Under the pieces are notes generated by a model, which saw only the letters and a program-made list of their open reading frames with translations, searched no databases and was not told the origin of the DNA. 64,000 nt of DNA, taken from IMG/VR virus record IMGVR_UViG_3300033182_000674, positions 1 through 64,000 of that record. The stretch is one strand, 5' to 3'. Positions 45,669-54,613 of the stretch are shown here, in pieces. The stretch's first letter is position 1; every line of letters starts with the position of its first letter. Position numbers and translations under genes: made by a program.

Positions 45669-45811
45669 TATATTTTATCCTCAACTAATTCCTTAAGAAG
45701 ATCATAAGCATCTTTTTCTTGCATGCTTAAAGTTCTTAGGATTTCACTTAGTTCAATTGTTGTTAAATCTAATATAGATTCTGCTAGTTGCATTTCCATA
45801 GTTCTTTCCTA

Positions 45812-45819
45812 TATTTATA
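45812..45819 (-). promoter_or_regulatory. Late promoter upstream of array B
   Basis: TATAAATA just before the AGGAAAG RBS of a 43-aa ORF that precedes the 313-aa gene. Confidence 0.75.
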
Positions 45820-47151
45820 TCATTTAAACCTATCAGGCCCATGAATCCATATAACAAGTGTCCATCTTTCACCTTTTGTTACAGGATGTACTTTGTGTAA
45901 ACAGAATGATGGGAAGGTTGTAATTGCACCACGTTCCATAATTGCATCAACAAGATTACCATTATTATTCACTTCAAGTTTACCACCTTCATATGATGAA
46001 GGATCTGATAATTGAATAACAACAGATAATTTACGAGTAGCAGATTGACCAGCTCCAGCATCAATATGCCAGTCATAATGACCACCTTCTTTATAATGTA
46101 ATAGCTGAAGACTATGAGTAATACCTAATAGATCAAACTTATAAAGCTCTTTATTTAGATGCTCTGCCGCAGCAGCAATCTTAGTATAAATCCATTTATA
46201 TTTCTCTTCTAAAGGAATATTATAAACATCTACTGTTCTTGTTTCAGCAGCATATGTACCTTCGTAATCACCAGCTCCAACAGTACCTTTGACTTCATAA
46301 AGATCATCTTTAGATTCAATAATCGATTGGCATTCTTCTGGTGTTAACATTGCTGATGGCATATTATGAGAACCTAGAGTGGCAATTCCTGGGAAAGTAT
46401 CATCACATCGGCGTATCATAATACCGTCTTCAATAATATTTTTATTCATACCAAAATCAAATGGTTCACGTTCTTGCTCTTCAGGTTGAGGTGCACGCTC
46501 TGGAAAATCTTCCATTTGTGGTATTTCACGCGGTGGAATAACAAATGTTGGTCGTTTAATTTCTTGTACATTAGGAGTAGTTTCTCCTTTAATACGAACT
46601 AAATCACCAGCATGACCAGCATTCTGACCTTCTGCATCTACAAAATGAAAGAATACTTGTGTTTGCCATTTTCCTTTATATGTTGTACGCCAATGTGGTA
46701 ATTCTTCACCACGATACATAACCATATCACCAACATCAATTTGAACTTGTTCACCAATTCTATCATCCATATCTTTACCAAAATAAATTGGCCAAATACG
46801 AGATTCTTCTGCGTGTCCAAGAGTTAATGTACCAGAAATTTCGCATGCTGGTCGATCAGTATGCCATTCTAATGTTTCACCTGGTTTATAAATTCTAGAG
46901 TAACAATAAGCAGGCAAAAGCTTTATACCCAATTGATCGGATAATGGTTCTGCAAGATTGTTTAGAATTTGTTTTAAATAGACATCATTATAAATGCTTT
47001 CAGATAAAGGACACTGATCGTCTTGTTCAAGTTTACCTTCTTTAGAAAGTTCAAATAAATGGTTGGTCAAATCAGAACATGCTTGTTTATCAAGAACACC
47101 ACTAAGATATACCCAACCTTTATCTTTAAAGGCATCTGCCACTGGATTCAT
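45820..47151 (-). CDS. Tandem two-domain 2OG-Fe(II) oxygenase
   Basis: Domain 1 WHTDRPACEISGTL..HWR..VFFHF; domain 2 YDWHID..RKLSVVIQLSDP..GGKL..HKV.PVTKGER.TLV.W. Confidence 0.88.
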   Translation of the reverse strand: MNPVADAFKDKGWVYLSGVLDKQACSDLTNHLFELSKEGKLEQDDQCPLSESIYNDVYLKQILNNLAEPLSDQLGIKLLPAYCYSRIYKPGETLEWHTDRPACEISGTLTLGHAEESRIWPIYFGKDMDDRIGEQVQIDVGDMVMYRGEELPHWRTTYKGKWQTQVFFHFVDAEGQNAGHAGDLVRIKGETTPNVQEIKRPTFVIPPREIPQMEDFPERAPQPEEQEREPFDFGMNKNIIEDGIMIRRCDDTFPGIATLGSHNMPSAMLTPEECQSIIESKDDLYEVKGTVGAGDYEGTYAAETRTVDVYNIPLEEKYKWIYTKIAAAAEHLNKELYKFDLLGITHSLQLLHYKEGGHYDWHIDAGAGQSATRKLSVVIQLSDPSSYEGGKLEVNNNGNLVDAIMERGAITTFPSFCLHKVHPVTKGERWTLVIWIHGPDRFK

Positions 47152-47174
47152 AATCTACTCCAATTATGTAATAA

Positions 47175-47393
47175 TTATTCTGCTGCTTCTTCGATTTCCT
47201 CGTTAGCAACTTCTTGTGCTTCTTTTTGCTTAGCCATAAAATCTTCTACGATTACATTAAGCTTATCAAATACAGCACCAACAGTAGAAAGATCTTCTGC
47301 TTTAAAAATGCCGGCACGGCTTGATACATCTACAATTTGACGCAATACAACCAAATCATTCATATTAATTTCAATATTTGCGTTTTCAGTCAT
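47175..47393 (-). CDS. Small hypothetical protein
   Basis: GGAG RBS; DL..LRQIVD..SRAG.FKAEDL..VG.VFDKL; late promoter at 47437-47444. Confidence 0.65.
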   Translation of the reverse strand: MTENANIEINMNDLVVLRQIVDVSSRAGIFKAEDLSTVGAVFDKLNVIVEDFMAKQKEAQEVANEEIEEAAE

Positions 47394-47780
47394 TATTATC
47401 TCCTATGATAATTTCAAGTAAAAAGGGTTACTTCTCTATTTATATAGATAAACAGAGACATTAATTAAAAAATTATGATATAATATAGACTTAACTTAAT
47501 TATAGAAGTATTCGTCTTCCGAAGATGAGTTTATATCATCAATCGTGTAATTCGTTTTCGATCGTTTCTTAGTATCGATATCATGAATTTTAGAATCTCT
47601 GTTTAGACGATAATTAGTTTTATTTCGATTCTGTTTCTTATTTCTAGGATCAAATCGTGTATACTTAGCCATAATTCCTTCTTATGAGTTATTGTTTAAA
47701 TCAAATAGTGGTATACTCCATCCGGGGTAACCATCTATAATATTATACACCAAAAAAATGGTTTTGTAAACAGTTAATTA

Positions 47781-47788
47781 TATAAATA
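47781..47788 (+). promoter_or_regulatory. Late promoter for the plus-strand envelope operon
   Basis: TATAAATA ~77 nt upstream of 47865. Confidence 0.65.
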
Positions 47789-47864
47789 GTATCATATACA
47801 TTGCTTACAAATATATGTATACTTGATTGATTTTTGACATAATCAATAATATGGAGAATAAAAG

Positions 47865-48461
47865 ATGTTTAGAAAATTAACTACTTTGCTGGTTTGCAGC
47901 ATTTTATCATTTTCTGTTATAGCAGAAGAAGCTGCAACTGATGCGCCAGTGTTGACCGGTGCAGGTACTTTAACAGATCCAATTACTACGCACTCAACTG
48001 GTAATAGCACTGTAACCACAAACGGAAGTATGACCACTAAAGTAGAGTCTCCTCCTCCTTCAGCTATTTCACCGCAATTTAGTGCAGGTAGTAATAGTGA
48101 TTTATGTACAGTTGGAGTTGCTGGTGCAGTACAAACACAAATTTTAGGTATCTCAGCTGGTACAACTTTCACTGAAGATAACTGTATTAGATTAAAGAAT
48201 GCAAAAACATTATATGATATGGGCATGAAGGTTGCTGCAGTATCAGTAATGTGTGGTGACCCCAAAGTATTTGATGCTATGATGATGGCTGGTACGCCAT
48301 GCCCTTATGATGGTATGATTGGAGTTGAAGCTAAAACAGCTTGGGAGAATGATCCTGAGCGTGATCCACGTTTCTTAAAGGAGAAAGAGGATGATGATAT
48401 ACGTAAGACCTTTAGCGCTAGCAGCGTGCTCGGTGCTTTGGGCTGGTTACTCATATTCTGA
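47865..48461 (+). CDS. Secreted Cys-containing protein with C-terminal membrane anchor
   Basis: Signal peptide; PPPSAISP..DLC..DNCIRLK..MC..TPCP; hydrophobic C-terminus. Confidence 0.75.
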   Translation: MFRKLTTLLVCSILSFSVIAEEAATDAPVLTGAGTLTDPITTHSTGNSTVTTNGSMTTKVESPPPSAISPQFSAGSNSDLCTVGVAGAVQTQILGISAGTTFTEDNCIRLKNAKTLYDMGMKVAAVSVMCGDPKVFDAMMMAGTPCPYDGMIGVEAKTAWENDPERDPRFLKEKEDDDIRKTFSASSVLGALGWLLIF

Positions 48462-49281
48462 TCCAGGATATACGTATGGATATACCCCTAACGCTGTTAC
48501 CAACGGTTATAGTTGGTCTATGGATAATGTTTTACCTTCTGCTCCAGGGCTAGATATTAATGGTGTTATTTACAGATATAGAACAGTAAAAGATCCAGAT
48601 GATCCAATGAAAGTTCATGTGCAGAATGAAAATGCAAATGGAAATGGTTATATCTTTAGAGAAACAGATGATTGGTCGGGAGTTCCTGGCAATTCAATCA
48701 ACAAATTAGTTTCAATTGATAATATTCCCAGATCAAACTGGGGTGATGGATCAATTGAAATAGAAGGCATTGGTACTATTGAAGAACCAAGTGTGATTTA
48801 TACTTATAGAGTAGATCCATGTTTTAATCCTCAATTGGATCCAGCGTGTGAAGGCTATATTCCACCACCAGAACCAACTCAACTTACTGTTGATGTGAAT
48901 GATTTATATAATGCTTTAGATGATGATGCAGTAAAAAATGCAATGAAGGAATACGACGACGGTGAGATCTACGACGAAGAAGAAAAAGAAAACAATAAAG
49001 AAGATAATGAAAAAGAAAAAAGTAAAAATCGTTTAGAAAAAGCAATGTCGGCCGTTGATAATAATCAAATGATGGCAGATGCTTTTGCTCAAGCGCAAAT
49101 GTTACAAGCTATGAATAATGTCATACCAATGAACTCTTATTATGTTGGCACTATTGATGGCGGAACATATAGTGAGACTGTCACATTAGATGGCGGTCAA
49201 ATACAGGATAATCCTGCTGGACGTAGAAATAATATGGCTCAGCAGAAACTGCATAAAGATATGGTTGATATGCAATACTAA
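48391..49281 (+). CDS. Secreted protein with beta-rich N-domain, Cys pair and acidic linker
   Basis: Signal peptide ending YSYS-DP; DPCFNPQLDPACEGY; QQKLHKDMVDMQY end. Confidence 0.72.
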   Translation: MMIYVRPLALAACSVLWAGYSYSDPGYTYGYTPNAVTNGYSWSMDNVLPSAPGLDINGVIYRYRTVKDPDDPMKVHVQNENANGNGYIFRETDDWSGVPGNSINKLVSIDNIPRSNWGDGSIEIEGIGTIEEPSVIYTYRVDPCFNPQLDPACEGYIPPPEPTQLTVDVNDLYNALDDDAVKNAMKEYDDGEIYDEEEKENNKEDNEKEKSKNRLEKAMSAVDNNQMMADAFAQAQMLQAMNNVIPMNSYYVGTIDGGTYSETVTLDGGQIQDNPAGRRNNMAQQKLHKDMVDMQY

Positions 49282-49334
49282 TTATTATGTTGTTATTATG
49301 GTAAAAACTAAAACACAACTAGGAGAAATTACAA

Positions 49335-49835
49335 ATGTTTAAGAAAACATTGTTAATCGCTGCTTTAAGTTTTTGTACTGGTTCGGCTTTAGCTGAAGAA
49401 GTACCTATTATTGGAAATGTACAATCTAAGTGTGTCATTAATATTGATACAATTGGTGTATATGGAAACCCTACTGCAGATAAACTAAGTACAACAAGAG
49501 CCGATGGCGGTATTGAACCAATCATTCGTTATGACGTATCTCTTGCTGATGCTTATAAAGCTAAAGTTACACATCCAAATAGCTTTTCAACTTCACCATC
49601 ATTAGATGATAATGTTACATGGGCTGGATCTACTTCTGTTGCTGATACTTCAGATGCAGGAATGTCTGGTTATGATGCAGCAAAAGTAGAATATGATAAT
49701 GTAACTGAATTTGATTTAACTGTTGCTGGATCTACTTGGTTTAAAGTATCATCTACTGCTACATATGGTTATGGTAAAGCATTACCAAGCGGTGAGTATC
49801 GTTCAATTGTACAAGCGGAGTGTATTGCAAAATAA
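49335..49835 (+). CDS. Secreted pilin-like (Csu/SCPU-like) protein
   Basis: Signal ALA-EEVP; GNVQSKCVI start strand and LPSGEYRSIVQAEC end strand recall chaperone-usher pilins; AGGAG RBS. Confidence 0.5.
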   Translation: MFKKTLLIAALSFCTGSALAEEVPIIGNVQSKCVINIDTIGVYGNPTADKLSTTRADGGIEPIIRYDVSLADAYKAKVTHPNSFSTSPSLDDNVTWAGSTSVADTSDAGMSGYDAAKVEYDNVTEFDLTVAGSTWFKVSSTATYGYGKALPSGEYRSIVQAECIAK

Positions 49836-49845
49836 GGTATAAATT

Positions 49846-50220
49846 ATGCGCTATATGATGTTAGCTTTGATGTTGGTTGTCAGTAGTTCTTATGCACATG
49901 AGATGACGCCAACATACCCTAAATTAACACCATCACACGTTGACGGAGTATCTGTAACTACAATGCAGATGTTCAATAAACGAAAAGATGTTGAATATTA
50001 TGAAATTGCTGTATTTGATTCAGAATGGAATCCTATTCCATTTGTTACATCATATAATGTAATTAAGATTAATTATCTCGGTCATGTTACGTTTGATATT
50101 TACATTCGTAATAAAGACCGAGATAAAGCAACATATATTTGTTCTAGATCTAAATTAAAGAGCGATGATTCTGCAGCAACATTAGTATCATCTAAAATAT
50201 GTTCTAAATTGAAGAAATGA
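49846..50220 (+). CDS. Secreted Ig-like protein, possible PapD-like chaperone domain
   Basis: Signal SYA-HEMTP; MFNKR..YYEI.VFD.EW.PIPF; ICSRSK...ICSK Cys pair. Confidence 0.45.
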   Translation: MRYMMLALMLVVSSSYAHEMTPTYPKLTPSHVDGVSVTTMQMFNKRKDVEYYEIAVFDSEWNPIPFVTSYNVIKINYLGHVTFDIYIRNKDRDKATYICSRSKLKSDDSAATLVSSKICSKLKK

Positions 50221-50222
50221 AT

Positions 50223-50627
50223 ATGAAAAAAATTGTTATTATATTATCGTTGCTTAGTGCAACTGCGATGGCTGAGACCAGTTCGTTAAATTTGGCATTA
50301 CCAAATATGGGTTCAACCTATGGATCTGATTCTATCAGAGCAGGCGATTTAGATTGTAAAAACTCTATCGGTGGCGCAACTAATTTAGAGTTTGGTGTAA
50401 CTGGTATTATTGATAATGCTGTAGGTCCTTTTGATAATGAGGATCCATTGAATCCACAATCTAAGGATATAGGCCTCTATGCAAGGATTACAATCCCTCT
50501 GGATGCGCCTAAGGAAAGAATTAACTGCAATACATTATATCAATTAGAACTACAAAAGAAAAGACTAGAAGTAATGAAACTTCAACAAGAATTAAGAAGA
50601 TTGCGTCAAATGCAATTTGAGAACTAA
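50223..50627 (+). CDS. Secreted protein with Cys pair and C-terminal coiled coil
   Basis: Signal AMA-ETSS; LDCKNSIGG..LEFG..GLYARITIPL..RINC..LELQKK. Confidence 0.7.
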   Translation: MKKIVIILSLLSATAMAETSSLNLALPNMGSTYGSDSIRAGDLDCKNSIGGATNLEFGVTGIIDNAVGPFDNEDPLNPQSKDIGLYARITIPLDAPKERINCNTLYQLELQKKRLEVMKLQQELRRLRQMQFEN

Positions 50628-50641
50628 ACCTGGAGCGATAT

Positions 50642-51091
50642 ATGGCAAAGGATCTCGGCGACGAATTAGAAAACATCGAAGAAGGTGTTGAAAATTTAAA
50701 GAACAAAGAATTCGAACTATTTGGTATTAAAATGACACCTATGACGATTGGTGCTGCTTTTGCTGCGCTATCAACAGTTGTTGGTGCATTATATGGTGGA
50801 TTTGTTATGTACCAAAAAGTTGAAGAGATTGCTAGCTTAGATCTAGGTTCATATGAACAACAAATGGTTGAAACCAGCAACCAAATAGAAATTCAAGGTA
50901 AATTGTTAGAATCTATTGAACAGAATCTACGTGATACTAAACAATTAACTTATGATATTGAAAAACGTGTCAACGACAAAGTCGTATATTTTGAAAATAA
51001 AATGGATAAATTTGAAAATAAAGTGGAAAACACGAAAACAGAATTAGAAGAAAAACTTCAAAAAGCTTTAGATAATCCATTGGCTAATTAA
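50642..51091 (+). CDS. Single-pass membrane protein with long coiled coil
   Basis: TM IGAAFAALSTVVGALYGGFVMY; heptad region; ends ALDNPLAN. Confidence 0.7.
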   Translation: MAKDLGDELENIEEGVENLKNKEFELFGIKMTPMTIGAAFAALSTVVGALYGGFVMYQKVEEIASLDLGSYEQQMVETSNQIEIQGKLLESIEQNLRDTKQLTYDIEKRVNDKVVYFENKMDKFENKVENTKTELEEKLQKALDNPLAN

Positions 51092-51104
51092 GGAGACACA
51101 ACTG

Positions 51105-51461
51105 ATGGTAGCAAAAGATGTATTAGATGAAATTGATATCGATGGTGATGGTTCAATTTCAGAACAAGAGATGCAAATCTATCTTGAAGCAAAACGCAGG
51201 GAGATGGAAGATGAAGATGCTAAAAGAGATCAACAACGTAAAATGGTTTGGTTCGCTCTTTTTGGTATGTTGCTTTATCCTTTGTTTGTATTTGGAACTG
51301 AAGCTTTGGGCTTCACTAATGCTTCTGGAGTAATTGGTGATATGGCACCAACTTATTTCATGTCTGTATCATTAGTAGTTGGCGCATTCTTTGGTGCTGA
51401 TGCTTATGTAAAAGGCAAAGACAAAAAAGGTGATAAGAATGATAAAAAAGATAAGAAATAA
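51105..51461 (+). CDS. Two-TM holin-like protein with an EF-hand-like loop
   Basis: DIDGDGSISEQE loop; two TM segments; basic C-terminal tail. Confidence 0.6.
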   Translation: MVAKDVLDEIDIDGDGSISEQEMQIYLEAKRREMEDEDAKRDQQRKMVWFALFGMLLYPLFVFGTEALGFTNASGVIGDMAPTYFMSVSLVVGAFFGADAYVKGKDKKGDKNDKKDKK

Positions 51462-51465
51462 AATT

Positions 51466-51837
51466 ATGTTGGTTGCATTAATCGCTAGTGCTTCTATAGC
51501 ACTAGCACAACCAGACATTCCTGAAATTCCACAGCCACAGCCTGAAAATCATAAGGGTATGGCATTGCCAATGATCCTTAGATGTTTTGATTATCCAGCT
51601 GATGAAGGCTTAAAGAATAGTTTTGGTGAGCTACCATTTGTTGAAGGCAATGGTGATATTGAGTTTACTAATTCTAAAGGATCTGTTCCTATTAAGATGA
51701 AGTTGTATGTTAATCCAGATACTCGCTCATGGACAACTGTATTCATCTTAAGTCCTACACTTAATTGTGTTGCTAGTGGTGGTGGTGCTGATTCATTTGG
51801 GCCAGCGAATGTAGCTGAAGAAGGAATCAGAATGTGA
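51466..51837 (+). CDS. Secreted hypothetical protein
   Basis: Signal MLVALIASASIALA-QPD; LYVNPDTRSWT...C motif. Confidence 0.6.
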   Translation: MLVALIASASIALAQPDIPEIPQPQPENHKGMALPMILRCFDYPADEGLKNSFGELPFVEGNGDIEFTNSKGSVPIKMKLYVNPDTRSWTTVFILSPTLNCVASGGGADSFGPANVAEEGIRM

Positions 51838-52747
51838 AATGGGTATTAATCTATATTACGCTACAAGGTGACTTTGGTAAAATGGCATCTTACGGTGAAT
51901 ATGATACAATGGACGGGTGCTTCGATGCTCGTGATAAATTAATCGAAGTGGTGGGTCGACCGATAGTAAACTATCAAGCTATTTGTGTAATAAAAGATGA
52001 GGAGCACTTTTAATGAGTGCAACAGAATTCGAAACTTTATCTCCTGAATTAAAAAAATTACAGTTAGATATGTTAGAAGGACATTGGTGCATCATAGCAT
52101 ATAATCCGTGGTATATTACATTGCGCAATCATACCACTGGTGAATTAAAGCAAGAAAGATATAGAGATTAACACCAACAACTATTTGGTTTACAGTCTTC
52201 TATTTTCTTTTTTCCAACACACATGTTATATACTGTTATTTTTAGATTTTGAGCATCAGTGGCAAAATCAACGCCACCACATTTAATATAGAGATTAATA
52301 CACTCTTTAAAACCTTTCATTGTTTCAAATTGTATAACCATTATAGATTATGCTCTTGAACAATTTCTCTAAGTTGACGTGCTATTTTATTATATTTGTA
52401 TTCCCAATTTTGTGATACTGCTAATTGATTTTCATACAAAGCTTTATAATCTACTTTCTTTGGAAAGAACTTATTAAATAAATTTTTAAACCACTCAATC
52501 ATTTCCAGTCATCCTCTGATAATCTTTGCTTTAACATATAATTCTCAGCCTCAAGGTGTCTGATTCTATTCAATAATTTCTTAGGATCAAGATTTTCAGT
52601 AGAATCAGAACCTTTTTGGCGAGAAGTTTCTTTTATTGCTTCACAATATTTTAGCATGTCTTTCGACATTATTCAGATATCCATTGAATAATAATCGATG
52701 TCATAAGACCTATAACGAAGCCAATACCAATATTAACAATATCCATT

Positions 52748-52903
52748 TTATAACTCCTCAAGTTCTCGAATAGTTTTCTTTAAGTTGCGTTTGATGATCT
52801 CTTTTGCAACTTCTTTCTTTTGTCCTTTTTGTTTACGGAGTGTTTCCCAAAGGTACGCAATCTTAGCAATCAGACCATTTACTTTTCCAAATACAAAAGG
52901 CAT
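52748..52903 (-). CDS. Small basic protein downstream of the TusE-like gene
   Basis: AAGGAG RBS before MPFVFG; Lys-rich. Confidence 0.5.
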   Translation of the reverse strand: MPFVFGKVNGLIAKIAYLWETLRKQKGQKKEVAKEIIKRNLKKTIRELEEL

Positions 52904-52913
52904 AATATTCTCC

Positions 52914-53210
52914 TTACACACACCCTGTTGGCTTTGGAAGACCACCATACTTAGCAATTTGTTTCATTGGTCCAGACTTCCAAATATCATAAAGTGCTTT
53001 TGCTTTACGATCCATACCAAGTGCTTTACCAAAGTCGCGTACACGAGGTACCATACCATCGTTTTCATACATCTCACGTGCTAAATTAATATGTTCTACC
53101 ATTTCTGGTTTTAAAACTACACCATCGGCGATTGCCATTTCATTCATTACTTCTGGAGTCCAATCATTCATATTGATTAAGAAACCATCACCATCACGTT
53201 CTAAACTCAT
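52914..53210 (-). CDS. tusE: DsrC/TusE-family protein with only the C-terminal cysteine
   Basis: ERDGDGFLINMNDWTPEV..MA..LYDIWKSGPMKQIAKYGGLPKPTGCV. Confidence 0.85.
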   Translation of the reverse strand: MSLERDGDGFLINMNDWTPEVMNEMAIADGVVLKPEMVEHINLAREMYENDGMVPRVRDFGKALGMDRKAKALYDIWKSGPMKQIAKYGGLPKPTGCV

Positions 53211-53513
53211 TTATTTTTCTCCTGTTGATATTTAAATTCACGCTTTAACCACCATTTATATTGGTTAAAGTATTCAGATAATGTGTCATACTTATCTTCT
53301 ATTCTCCATGCATCAGTTTCTAACTTATTGTCATGGAAAAGATTATTTACCCATAAACGAAAATTACTTGCTTTTTTCATGATACACTCTCCATTTAGTT
53401 ATACTAATTATATCATAAAATAGAATCATTGTAAATAGTTTTTTAAGTTTTTTTATCTCTTTGGATTTTATGAAAAACCTTAAGCCATTCTACATATGAT
53501 TTCTGGAAGTCGT

Positions 53514-53792
53514 TCATGGCATCATCATTCCCCAAGGACTCATACGACTACGCATACCACCTAAACGATTATTCATTTCCCACATACGTTTATCCATAGA
53601 ACGTACTGCTGAATCCATATTAGTAGTGTCCTTTTGCATTTTTTCTACAGATTCTGCCATAACTTCCCAGCTATACACCATTCTTTCCATGTGTTGATTT
53701 GCAAGATAGCCAACATATAGTACACAAGCGGCTACAGTTAATTGAGATAATGCAGTTATCCAACCACATATTTTCGTTGAATCACAGTTCAT
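53514..53792 (-). CDS. Single-TM Met-rich coiled-coil protein
   Basis: TM then M..SVE.M..D...MD.AV.SMD..M..M..R.GGMRSRMSPWGMMMP; late promoter at 53819-53826. Confidence 0.65.
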   Translation of the reverse strand: MNCDSTKICGWITALSQLTVAACVLYVGYLANQHMERMVYSWEVMAESVEKMQKDTTNMDSAVRSMDKRMWEMNNRLGGMRSRMSPWGMMMP

Positions 53793-53832
53793 ATGTTTTC
53801 CTTATACTGCCTAAAACATATTTATACAATAG

Positions 53833-53859
53833 AAAAAGGGAGCTTTGCGCTCCCTTTTG
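53833..53859. terminator. Intrinsic terminator
   Basis: AAAAAGGGAGC-TTTGC-GCTCCCTTTT. Confidence 0.82.
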
Positions 53860-53874
53860 TTTTAAACCGAGAAA

Positions 53875-54195
53875 TTATTTAAATAAAGATTTAAACTTAT
53901 CCCAGAGAGATTCCGAAGTTTCAACAACCGTATCGGTTGCTTCGGTAGTAGTTTCAACGATTGTGTCGACTACCTCTTCAGTTTTTTCTACTACAACATC
54001 AGTTGCCTCGGTAGTAGTTTCAACAACTGCATCAACTACAGTTTTTTCTTCTACAACAGGTTGAGCAGGGGATTGCTCAATTGTAGTAGTAACTTCCGTG
54101 TTTTGAGCAACTGATTGCTCAGTAGTAGTTTCTTGATCCTGCGCTAGAGCAGAAGTGGATGCAATAATCATCATTGCAATTAAAGTTTTTTTCAT
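53875..54195 (-). CDS. Secreted acidic T/E/V-rich repeat protein
   Basis: Signal ALA-QDQ; VVETTTEATDVVVE / IVETTTEATDTVVE repeat; amphipathic WDKFKSLFK end; late promoter at 54245-54252. Confidence 0.7.
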   Translation of the reverse strand: MKKTLIAMMIIASTSALAQDQETTTEQSVAQNTEVTTTIEQSPAQPVVEEKTVVDAVVETTTEATDVVVEKTEEVVDTIVETTTEATDTVVETSESLWDKFKSLFK

Positions 54196-54253
54196 TTTAT
54201 ATACCTCAGTTTAAAATTTGAAATGAGTTATAATAACTCACTTTTATTTATAC

Positions 54254-54553
54254 TCATTGTTCTTTAGGTTGATAATTACGGAAGATACGAATTTCGCTTA
54301 CATAAGGATCACATCCTTCGCCTTCGCCTTCCATTTTACCTCCCATCCACATCTGAAAAGAATCTTCATCATGGAATTGTTGAACAATATGTTGAGTTTC
54401 ATCTGGCAATTCACGAGTAATTTCTACTCGCACTTCCCCCGCAATTGCTTCAGATAATGCACTAAATAATACAATAAGTACCATTAGTAATCCAGCAGCA
54501 AGTGCTGGAATCCAACCTGGACAGTTTTTTTCATTACAGCTTGAGCCTATCAC
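54254..54553 (-). CDS. Single-TM hypothetical protein
   Basis: GGAG RBS; TM WIPALAAGLLMVLIVLF. Confidence 0.55.
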   Translation of the reverse strand: MIGSSCNEKNCPGWIPALAAGLLMVLIVLFSALSEAIAGEVRVEITRELPDETQHIVQQFHDEDSFQMWMGGKMEGEGEGCDPYVSEIRIFRNYQPKEQ

Positions 54554-54585
54554 TATAGATCTCCTAAAACCCCCCCTAAGTTAAA

Positions 54586-54606
54586 GAAACCCCTCCGAAG
54601 AGGGGT
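54586..54606 (-). terminator. Intrinsic terminator after the SGP-like gene
   Basis: CCCCTC-TTCG-GAGGGG-TTTCTT on minus strand. Confidence 0.78.
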
Positions 54607-54613
54607 GGTTTTA

